Assembly (NCBI GenBank): GCA_036351155.1
Contig: JAZBOO010000389.1
Span: 1-28,652, forward strand
Length of the DNA stretch: 28,652 nucleotides
Source of the DNA: Candidatus Krumholzibacteriia bacterium
GTDB lineage: Bacteria > Krumholzibacteriota > Krumholzibacteriia > LZORAL124-64-63
Direction of reading: 5' to 3'
Shown here piece after piece: positions 8,487 through 15,925 of the stretch. Every line of letters starts with the position of its first letter. Position 1 is the stretch's first letter. The notes beneath the pieces are model-generated. The model did not search any database. It saw only the letters and a program-made list of their open reading frames with translations, and had not been told where the DNA came from. The translations under genes and the position numbers were made by a program.

Positions 8487-10604
8487 GTGGAGCAGGAACA
8501 AGTCATCAATCGGGATCTGGTTCTGGCCAACAGCAACGTGCTGAGCGCGGCTGCCGTGCTGGTGATCCTGGGTCTGATGGTGATTCCGGTCCCGGCGCTG
8601 ATGCTGGACCTCATGCTCACATTCAGCATCTCGTTCTCGGTGACGGTGCTCCTGGTGGCCCTGTATCTCAAGGAGCCCCTGCAGTTCAACTCCTTCCCGT
8701 CTCTGCTCCTCATCCTGACCTTGATGCGCCTCTCGCTCAACGTGGCCTCGACCCGTTTGATTCTCAGCAAGGGATCAGCGGGGCAGGTCATCCAGAGCTT
8801 CGGCGATTTCGTGGTGGGGGGAAACTACGTCATCGGGGTGATCGTTTTCATCATCCTGGTCATCATCAACTTCATGGTCATCACCAAGGGTTCCGGGCGT
8901 ATTGCCGAGGTGGCCGCCCGGTTCACTCTGGACGCCATGCCCGGCAAGCAGATGGCCATCGACGCCGACCTGAATGCCGGCATCATCAACGAAAAAGAGG
9001 CCGTCCGGCGCCGGGAGAAGATCTCGCAGGAAGCGGAATTCTTCGGAGCCATGGACGGTGCCAGCAAGTTCGTCAAGGGTGATGCCATTGCCGGTATCCT
9101 GATCACAGTGGTCAATCTGGCGGCGGGCTTCATCATCGGAATGCTCCAGATGGGGATGAGCGCCAGCGAAGCCTTGAGCCGCTTCACCGTCCTGACGGTG
9201 GGTGACGGTCTGGTCAGCCAGATCCCGGCTCTGCTGGTCTCCACCAGCGCCGGCATGGTGGTCACACGCAGCAGCAGCAAGCTGAACCTGGGGCAGTCCA
9301 TCACTTTGCAAATTTTCCGGCAAACCAAGGCCCTGTACCTGGCGGCTGTGGCCATGCTGGTTTTTGCCATCATTCCCGGATTGCCCACGGGCCCCTTCCT
9401 TTTCTTTGCCATTGCCACGGGGTTGACCGGTCTGTTCATGGGTAAAAGGGTACGTGACTACGATGACGATGAGGCCCGCGATGCGGAAGCCTCCGAGGAG
9501 GCCGATCAAACCCGGGACGAGGAACCGGAGGGGCCGCGCAGCGAGGATCTTTTCGTCCTCGACCGCCTGGAACTGGAAATTGGCTACGGCCTGATTCCCC
9601 TGGTGGACGACTCGCGCGGCGGCGATCTCCTGACCAGGATCAGCAACATCAGACGTCAGGTGGGCTCGGAACTCGGGATTTTCATTCATCCCATCCGCGT
9701 CCGGGACAACCTGCAGCTCGGGGCCCACGAGTACGTCATCAAGCTCAAGGGTGTGGAGGTGGCCCGGTCCGAACTGTTGCCCGATCGCCTTCTGGCCATG
9801 AGCACGCGTCCGGATGCCGGAGAAATCGAAGGCAGCCCCACCGTGGAACCCGCTTTCAATCTTCCGGCCCTGTGGATCGACAAGGAGCGCAAGTCCAACG
9901 CCGAGATGGAAGGCTACACCGTGGTGGAACCCGCCGGTGTGCTGGCCACCCACCTGGCCGAACTGGTGCGCGGCCATGCCGATGAGCTGCTGAGCCGGCA
10001 GGACGTCAAGGACATGTGCGAATCCATCCGTGAATTTGCTCCCGCGCTGATCGAGGATCTCATTCCGGACAAGGTGCCGGTCAACACCCTGCATAACGTG
10101 CTGACCGCCCTGTTGCACGAACGGATTCCGGTCAAGGATATCGTGACCATCCTGGAAACTCTGGCCAACTACAACGGCACCGGTTTGAATCACGACTTCC
10201 TGGTGGGCAAGGTGCGCGAGGCGCTGGGACGCTCCATCACCGCCCTGTACACGGACCAGCGGGGAAGCCTTCAGGTGGTTTCGCTACACCCGGAAACCGA
10301 GCAGGCCTTGATGCAGGCGGCGCGGGATTCGGATCAGGCCGGGGGAGTGGTACTGGACCCGGCCTTCGCCCAGACCTTCCTGGGTCGCCTCGAAAGCGTC
10401 TTGCGTGCGGCCTATGCCTCCGGGCATCCCCCGGTGCTGCTGGTGCCCACGCCTATCCGAATTTTTGTCAAACGGCTCGTCGAGCCCACATATCCCAACT
10501 TGGCCGTCATGGGTTACACCGAGGTCTCATCCTCGGCGTCTGTCCAGTCGGCAGGAACGGTGGTGACCAATGGTTTCGCAAAGGAAGGCCAGGCCGTCGG
10601 CTGA
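8487..10604 (+). CDS. flhA: Flagellar export protein FlhA
   Basis: RLSLNVASTRLIL, RIAEVAARFTLDAMPGKQMAIDADL, FFGAMDGASKFVKGDAIAG and a complete cytoplasmic domain. Confidence 0.98.
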   Translation: MEQEQVINRDLVLANSNVLSAAAVLVILGLMVIPVPALMLDLMLTFSISFSVTVLLVALYLKEPLQFNSFPSLLLILTLMRLSLNVASTRLILSKGSAGQVIQSFGDFVVGGNYVIGVIVFIILVIINFMVITKGSGRIAEVAARFTLDAMPGKQMAIDADLNAGIINEKEAVRRREKISQEAEFFGAMDGASKFVKGDAIAGILITVVNLAAGFIIGMLQMGMSASEALSRFTVLTVGDGLVSQIPALLVSTSAGMVVTRSSSKLNLGQSITLQIFRQTKALYLAAVAMLVFAIIPGLPTGPFLFFAIATGLTGLFMGKRVRDYDDDEARDAEASEEADQTRDEEPEGPRSEDLFVLDRLELEIGYGLIPLVDDSRGGDLLTRISNIRRQVGSELGIFIHPIRVRDNLQLGAHEYVIKLKGVEVARSELLPDRLLAMSTRPDAGEIEGSPTVEPAFNLPALWIDKERKSNAEMEGYTVVEPAGVLATHLAELVRGHADELLSRQDVKDMCESIREFAPALIEDLIPDKVPVNTLHNVLTALLHERIPVKDIVTILETLANYNGTGLNHDFLVGKVREALGRSITALYTDQRGSLQVVSLHPETEQALMQAARDSDQAGGVVLDPAFAQTFLGRLESVLRAAYASGHPPVLLVPTPIRIFVKRLVEPTYPNLAVMGYTEVSSSASVQSAGTVVTNGFAKEGQAVG

Positions 10605-11736
10605 TGATCAGCCGATCGTGGTGACGGCTCCGACCCTCAAGGATGCCTACCGGCGGATCAAGCAGACCTACGGCGATGATGCGGTGATCCTGGACAGCAA
10701 GTCCATCAGTCGCCGCCAGAGCCTGGGGCTGGGACACGAGCGCATGGTGGAGGTGACGGTTCACCCTCCCGGCACACCCCTTCCCCGTCACCAGATGGGT
10801 CGGAGTCCACTGGGATCAAGTACGGCCGACAGGTCGTCCCGGAAGGATTATCCCCCGGAAATCGCCGGGGAAATCGACCGCATCGAGAACCTCGTGCGAA
10901 ATATCCACCAGGAGTTCGATGAGAGGGACCGTCAAGCCCGGACCATTCGCGACAACCCTCTGGGCTGGTCCATGATGGCAGCCGGAGCCTCCGAAGATAC
11001 GGTCCAGAAGCTTTTCACCCGTTTCACCAGTGCCAGCGGGAAACCCGTGAGCGACACCCAGGCGGCCACCAGCTGGTTGATGGAAAACCTCCGGGCCAGC
11101 AATTGCTCCTGGGAAGGATTCTATGGTTGCCATGCTTTCCTGGGGCGCTCGGGTTCCGGTCGAACCGCCCTGGTGCATGAAGCCGCGGCCAAGCTGCAAT
11201 CCCTGGGACGCAAAACCCTGGTGCTGGCCGTCATGCCCGGACACACCGGTGAAGTTCGTCGCCTGCAGGCGGCCGCCTCCGAACACGGTTTCGACGCCGC
11301 GGTCATCCAGGATCGAAACCAGCTGGTGAAAAGCGAATCCCACCTGACTCGCTACGATGCGGTTCTGGTGGATTTGCCTGCCCTGGATCATCCCGCCATG
11401 GCCCTGGGGGAGGCGTTGCACATCTGGCTGGCCGAGAACCCCGGTTTTCATCGACATCTGGTCATCCCCATGGATGGTGATCCTCGAGACCTCGGCGAGC
11501 TCGAACCCCTGGCGAAGGAATGGCACAACGACTGGGTGGCCGTCACCCGTTGTGACCTGTCCCGCCGGCCGGGCAAGTTCCTGGACCTGGCCGAAATTTT
11601 TCCTGTGCCCTTCTCGCTTCTGGGCAGCCTGGGGTCCACCGATCCCGGCCTGGCCATTGCCAGTTCCGGCGGAATTCTGGACCGGGTTCTGGCTCAGGCG
11701 GAAACCAGCCAGGCTGGCCAACAGGAGAATTATTGA
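10570..11736 (+). CDS. flhF: FlhF-like SRP-family protein with degenerate GTPase motifs
   Basis: N-terminal FlhF B-domain pattern (APTLKDAYRRIKQTYGDDAVILDSK...VEVTV), position after flhA, and an NG-domain layout with altered G motifs. Confidence 0.82.
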   Translation: MVSQRKARPSADDQPIVVTAPTLKDAYRRIKQTYGDDAVILDSKSISRRQSLGLGHERMVEVTVHPPGTPLPRHQMGRSPLGSSTADRSSRKDYPPEIAGEIDRIENLVRNIHQEFDERDRQARTIRDNPLGWSMMAAGASEDTVQKLFTRFTSASGKPVSDTQAATSWLMENLRASNCSWEGFYGCHAFLGRSGSGRTALVHEAAAKLQSLGRKTLVLAVMPGHTGEVRRLQAAASEHGFDAAVIQDRNQLVKSESHLTRYDAVLVDLPALDHPAMALGEALHIWLAENPGFHRHLVIPMDGDPRDLGELEPLAKEWHNDWVAVTRCDLSRRPGKFLDLAEIFPVPFSLLGSLGSTDPGLAIASSGGILDRVLAQAETSQAGQQENY

Positions 11737-11761
11737 TGTCGAGGGCAAGGGAGATTGAACC

Positions 11762-12007
11762 GTGCAGAAGCTGATCAACACCATCGCCAGCAGCGCCGCC
11801 GTGGTGACGCTCATGGCGGGCTTGTGGCAGGACTGGAACCTTTTGACCACCCTCAAGCGCATGTTCATCGCCTATCTGGGGTCCTTCTTCCTGGGCTGCC
11901 TGATGGCTCTGGCTGTCAAGCTGGTTCCCGCCTACGAGAAGAGACCAGACGTGAAGGAAACGACACCGACGAAGAAGAAAACGCGTGAGTCTGTCCCGGC
12001 CAGGTAA
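11762..12007 (+). CDS. Small two-TM hypothetical membrane protein upstream of fliA
   Basis: GTG after GGGAG. Two hydrophobic segments and a basic C-terminal tail. GC3-rich codons. Confidence 0.7.
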   Translation: MQKLINTIASSAAVVTLMAGLWQDWNLLTTLKRMFIAYLGSFFLGCLMALAVKLVPAYEKRPDVKETTPTKKKTRESVPAR

Positions 12008-12033
12008 CGGGGCACCATCAATGGAACTGACCA

Positions 12034-12049
12034 TGGCACAGAACGTGCA
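12034..12049 (+). promoter_or_regulatory. Sigma54 promoter for fliA
   Basis: TGGCACAGAACGTGCA with GG at 12035-36 and GC at 12047-48 (10-nt spacing). Intergenic, just upstream of fliA. Confidence 0.75.
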
Positions 12050-12108
12050 AACAGGGATCAAGAAGGCTGGCAACCCTTTTTCAGATGAATCCAGAAAGGC
12101 CTGCAGAC

Positions 12109-13086
12109 ATGTCCGAAACCGTCCAGATTGCTCATCACGAGGTTTGGGAAGGAATTCAGAACGGGCGCACCCAGGAATCCCGCCGCGAACTGGTCAATAT
12201 CTATTCCCGGATCGTCAAGTACGTGGCCGGTCGCATGGCCATCGGACTTCCCCACTACGTGGAATTCAATGACCTGATTTCTGCCGGTCTGCTGGGATTG
12301 ATCCAGGCGATCGACAATTTTGACCACAATCGGGGCATCAAGTTCGAGACCTACGCGATTCCACGGATCCGAGGGTCTATCCTGGATGAGCTGCGAAGCC
12401 AGGACTGGTTTCCCCGCAGCCTGCGCCGCAAGGCCAAGCAGCTGGAAGAAGCCTACAGCACCCTGGAGGTTCAGCTGGGTCGACCGGCCACCGATGCCGA
12501 GGTGGCGAACAGGCTTTCCATCGAGCTGGAGGAACTGGATTCCATGGTGGGCGAGGTTTCCATCGCCACCATCATGAGCCTGGATGCCGACACCTCCGGA
12601 GATGACAGCGAGCAATCCTCGAGCCTGGGAGAATTCCTGGCGGACCCCAAGACCGACGACATCGAGCAGGTTCTGGCCCAGCGGGAAATGAAAGACCTCA
12701 TCGGCAAGCGCATGTCCGAGTTGCCGGAGAAGGAACAGCTGGTGCTGGTTCTTTACTACTACGAGGAACTGACCCTCAAGGAAATCGGTGAAATTCTGGA
12801 CGTGACCGAAAGCCGGGTGTGCCAGATCCACACCAAGGCGATCCTGCGCCTCAAGGGGAAAATTCAGCGACACGAGGGCAAGCGGTCCATCGGCCAGATC
12901 ACCCGCGAAATCAAAACCGAACAAGGACAGGAATCCACAGCCGAGCCGGCAGCCCCCGGCGTGCTGCAGGCTGTGACCACTCTGGAACCCATCAACGTCA
13001 TGGCCGCCCTGACGCTGTGCCAGCTCAGTGCCTACCTGGCCTGGCTGGGCAGCGGGGGAACCGGATTGCCGGTGCTGGCCTTTTGA
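12109..13086 (+). CDS. fliA: Sigma-28 factor FliA/WhiG with a C-terminal hydrophobic extension
   Basis: DLISAGLLGLIQAIDNFD, FETYAIPRIRGSILDELRSQDW, LYYYEELTLKEIGEILDVTESRVCQIH. Start is 12109 (after AAAGG) or 12085. Confidence 0.96.
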   Translation: MSETVQIAHHEVWEGIQNGRTQESRRELVNIYSRIVKYVAGRMAIGLPHYVEFNDLISAGLLGLIQAIDNFDHNRGIKFETYAIPRIRGSILDELRSQDWFPRSLRRKAKQLEEAYSTLEVQLGRPATDAEVANRLSIELEELDSMVGEVSIATIMSLDADTSGDDSEQSSSLGEFLADPKTDDIEQVLAQREMKDLIGKRMSELPEKEQLVLVLYYYEELTLKEIGEILDVTESRVCQIHTKAILRLKGKIQRHEGKRSIGQITREIKTEQGQESTAEPAAPGVLQAVTTLEPINVMAALTLCQLSAYLAWLGSGGTGLPVLAF

Positions 13087-13088
13087 AC

Positions 13089-13111
13089 GGATCCCGGTGT
13101 AGCTGGGGTCC
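13089..13111 (+). other. Hairpin without U-tract between fliA and the next gene
   Basis: GGATCCCGG-TGTAG-CTGGGGTCC forms 9 bp including 2 G-U pairs, immediately before the RBS AGGGGAG. Confidence 0.45.
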
Positions 13112-13127
13112 AGGGGAGTAGCGAATC

Positions 13128-13478
13128 ATGGCAGGAGACGGAGTATCACTGCCTCAGAGCATCGCACTGAGTGGAAGCGTGGCGAAGGCCCAGGCCAAGG
13201 GCCAGCAGAGCGCCCAGCCCGCGACACCTTTCGCGGACCAGCTGGACAAGAAGGATGACCTGAAGGTCCAGACTGTCAAGGAAACCCAGAAGGCAGACCA
13301 GCGCGGAATCAATCCGGACGAGGAGAAGGCCAGGGACAAGCGGAAGAGAAGGCGCCTGAAACGCAACCAGCGAGAGCTGAACCTCTCCGATGAAGGCCAG
13401 GAAGCCTCCGAGGATTTCGACGCCACGACCGACGACGAAGAACAAACGACAGGAACCCTGCTGGACCTTCGCGTTTGA
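13128..13478 (+). CDS. Hypothetical hydrophilic protein, flagellar-cluster associated
   Basis: Good RBS. Gln/Lys/Glu-rich and low complexity, ending GTLLDLRV. Confidence 0.75.
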   Translation: MAGDGVSLPQSIALSGSVAKAQAKGQQSAQPATPFADQLDKKDDLKVQTVKETQKADQRGINPDEEKARDKRKRRRLKRNQRELNLSDEGQEASEDFDATTDDEEQTTGTLLDLRV

Positions 13479-13506
13479 GCCGGGAACATTCTGAAAGTGG
13501 GACTCC

Positions 13507-13956
13507 ATGGAGAACCTGGCCCAGATGATGGCAGAATTGCTGACTCAGCTTCAATCCCAGACCTCGATATTCTGGATTGCCGCCTTTTCGGTCGCCCTCG
13601 GGGCCACCCTGCTCATGGTGTCCGGTGTGATCATGGCCAGACGGAAGTTGCCGGGATCCATGACCCTGCGGGGACGCCGCCGCACCCCGGGAACGAGTGG
13701 GCCGGCCGCTCCGAGCACCATCTCGTTGACCGATACGGGGTATGCCCTGACCCCTCCCGTTTCCGCCTCCGGCGCCCGCGCCGCGGAGATGTCCGCCATC
13801 CAGATGGCGGATCTCCTGAAAAGGCTCAAGACGGCGGCGAATTCCCTGGAGGACCTGCAGACGACCCTGAGGATCCAGGAAAAGTCCACGCGACATTCAG
13901 GACTAAAGGAACCTGTTCAGGATGTCGAATACGTGTTCAAAGCTGGGATTAGCTAG
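13507..13956 (+). CDS. Hypothetical single-TM protein with a coiled-coil C-terminus
   Basis: TM segment IFWIAAFSVALGATLLMVSGVIMA followed by RRK. Amphipathic helix MADLLKRLKTAANSLEDL. Confidence 0.75.
   Translation: MENLAQMMAELLTQLQSQTSIFWIAAFSVALGATLLMVSGVIMARRKLPGSMTLRGRRRTPGTSGPAAPSTISLTDTGYALTPPVSASGARAAEMSAIQMADLLKRLKTAANSLEDLQTTLRIQEKSTRHSGLKEPVQDVEYVFKAGIS
13904..13931 (+). promoter_or_regulatory. Candidate sigma28 promoter for the HDOD pair
   Basis: TAAAG-N15-GTCGAATA resembles TAAA-N15/16-GCCGATAA. Lies about 75 nt before the HDOD1 ATG. Confidence 0.55.
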
Positions 13957-14006
13957 AGGGTTTGTCGTCTGTGGAGGGATCGACAACTCCAGGTCCAGGA
14001 GTTTCA

Positions 14007-14906
14007 ATGAGCACCACCGTGGAGGTCCCTGCGTCCCCGGAAAAAAAATCCGGAGCGCAGCAGAAGGATCAGCTTCACACCATCATCATGACCACCCGGG
14101 ACTTGCCGGCCATGCCCCAGGTCGCCAGCAAGGTCCTTGAGCTGTCCTCCGACCCCAATACCAGTGCCCATCAGCTCCAGCAGGTCATTTCCGATGACCA
14201 GGCCATGACCGCCCGCATCCTCAAGATTGCCAACAGCGCCCTCTATTCCTGCAGCCGGAAAATCAAGACCCTGACCGAAGCCATCGTCATGCTGGGATTC
14301 AACTCGATCCGCAGCCTGGTGGTGACCAGTGCCGCCCGGAACCTCTACAACACCCGGACCTCTCAGACCGGTCTGAAGGAACGGCTGCTCTGGGAGCACA
14401 GTATCGGCAGTGCCTTTGCTTGCCGCTTGATGGCTTCCGAAAGCCGCCCGGCACTGACGGAGGAGGCCTTTCTGGCCGGGTTGATGCACGACATCGGCAA
14501 GCTGGTCCTGAACCTCCAGACCCCGGAGCTTTTTGATCAGATCGTTCAGGTGGTTTACAACGAAAACCGCTCCTTTTGCATGACCGAGCAGGAAGTGTTC
14601 GGGTTCGACCACACCGAAGTGGGGGCCCTGCTGGTCAACAAGTGGAAGCTTTCCCCGGTGCTGGAAGAAGTGATCCGGAATCACCACAACGATGCCGCAC
14701 TTTCCCCGGAAGCGCCCCTGCTTTGCTACCTGGATCTGGGCAACAAGCTCTGTCACAAGCTGGGCATCGGCTTCCTGCAGGACCCGGATCTGGACATCGT
14801 CGGCTGTCAGTCCAATCAGATCCTGGGATTTGATGCCGCATTTTTTGAAACCACCATCGCCCAGCTCCAGGAGACCCTGGAGTCGGAGATGGAAATCTTT
14901 ATCTGA
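14007..14906 (+). CDS. HDOD domain protein 1
   Basis: LPAMPQVA, DQAMTARILKIANSALY, LWEHS, AGLMHDIGK, FGFDHTEVG, W.L..VI..HH. ATG 14007 follows AGGAG. Confidence 0.93.
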   Translation: MSTTVEVPASPEKKSGAQQKDQLHTIIMTTRDLPAMPQVASKVLELSSDPNTSAHQLQQVISDDQAMTARILKIANSALYSCSRKIKTLTEAIVMLGFNSIRSLVVTSAARNLYNTRTSQTGLKERLLWEHSIGSAFACRLMASESRPALTEEAFLAGLMHDIGKLVLNLQTPELFDQIVQVVYNENRSFCMTEQEVFGFDHTEVGALLVNKWKLSPVLEEVIRNHHNDAALSPEAPLLCYLDLGNKLCHKLGIGFLQDPDLDIVGCQSNQILGFDAAFFETTIAQLQETLESEMEIFI

Positions 14907-14916
14907 GGTGAGTCCT

Positions 14917-15828
14917 GTGAACACCAAGACGCCCGACAACTCCAGCCTTGCCTGCCCGGTGGACCTGGACCAGGTCCTGGCCGGAATCGAGGAACTGCCC
15001 AGCATTCCGGAAACACTCCTCGAGATCCTGAAGGTTCTGGACGATCCCGACAGTGGGCCCAGCGATCTTGCGGCCGTGGTGCGCCTGGATGCGCCCTTGA
15101 TGGCCAAGATCCTCCGCCTGGCCAATTCGCCTTATTACAATCCGCGGGCCGATATTCACGACATCAACCGCTGTGTGGCCGTCCTGGGCTACCGGACGGT
15201 TCGGCAGGTGGCCATCTGTGTCTCGGTGGCGACCAGCCTGGTTTCCGCGGTGGCCAGGACCAACGGACGCCTGGATTATCATGAACTGTGGAAGCATTCC
15301 GTTGTCACCGGAGCCGTGGCCAAGTATCTGGGTCAGCTGGCCAAGCACCCGGATCCCGAGCTTCTTTTCTCCGCCGGCCTGCTCCACGACCTGGGCAAGT
15401 TTGTTCTGGAACTCCATGCCCCCGAGGTCTATGACCAGATCATCCTGAACCGGTCCCAATCCGGCCGCCCACTGGTAGAAATGGAAAGGGAAGCTTTCGG
15501 CTTCGACCATGCCCATATCGGCAGCGCTTTTGCCCGGTCGTGGCGTTTCCCTCCGGTGTTTTTCGACTGTTTCCGGGATCATCATGAACAAAAGGTGGGA
15601 ACGGCCACGCCCGGGTCGGCGGAACAGGTGACGGCCCTGGTGAGCCTGGCCGATTACCTCGCCAACACCATGGAGCCTTCCCGCAGCGACCTCGGTTTTG
15701 ACCCTCGACCCCTGGATTCGGGCCAGCTACACCACCATGCCAACCTGTCGGTTTCCACTGTGGAAGACCACCTGAGCGGCATTCGGGAAGCCATCCAGCT
15801 GTCCACGGCTTTCCTGGATTTGAGTTGA
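14917..15828 (+). CDS. HDOD domain protein 2
   Basis: LPSIPE, DAPLMAKILRLANSPYY, LWKHS, AGLLHDLGK, FGFDHAHIG, HHE, LAD. GTG 14917 follows GAGGTG. Confidence 0.93.
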   Translation: MNTKTPDNSSLACPVDLDQVLAGIEELPSIPETLLEILKVLDDPDSGPSDLAAVVRLDAPLMAKILRLANSPYYNPRADIHDINRCVAVLGYRTVRQVAICVSVATSLVSAVARTNGRLDYHELWKHSVVTGAVAKYLGQLAKHPDPELLFSAGLLHDLGKFVLELHAPEVYDQIILNRSQSGRPLVEMEREAFGFDHAHIGSAFARSWRFPPVFFDCFRDHHEQKVGTATPGSAEQVTALVSLADYLANTMEPSRSDLGFDPRPLDSGQLHHHANLSVSTVEDHLSGIREAIQLSTAFLDLS

Positions 15829-15853
15829 AAATCCGGGCTCGATGGATGTTTAC

Positions 15854-15881
15854 TTGAATTCCCCATCTCTCCGGTTATCAT
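15854..15881 (+). promoter_or_regulatory. Candidate sigma70 promoter for the sigma54 activator gene
   Basis: TTGAAT-N16-TATCAT in the intergenic region. Confidence 0.5.
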
Positions 15882-15925
15882 GCCACATTGACAGTAACCC
15901 CTGTCCTTGAACCGGAGAACACCCT

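Noticed and set aside
1628..10193. Long minus-strand ORFs (1628-3109, 6330-8051, 8775-10193) opposite the flagellar genes
   Set aside because: Antisense shadows caused by codon bias, with no protein-family signatures.
6301..10604. Possibility that the export genes encode a non-flagellar type III secretion system
   Set aside because: Hook, stator, FliL/M/N, FlbD and FliA genes are all linked, so the system is flagellar.
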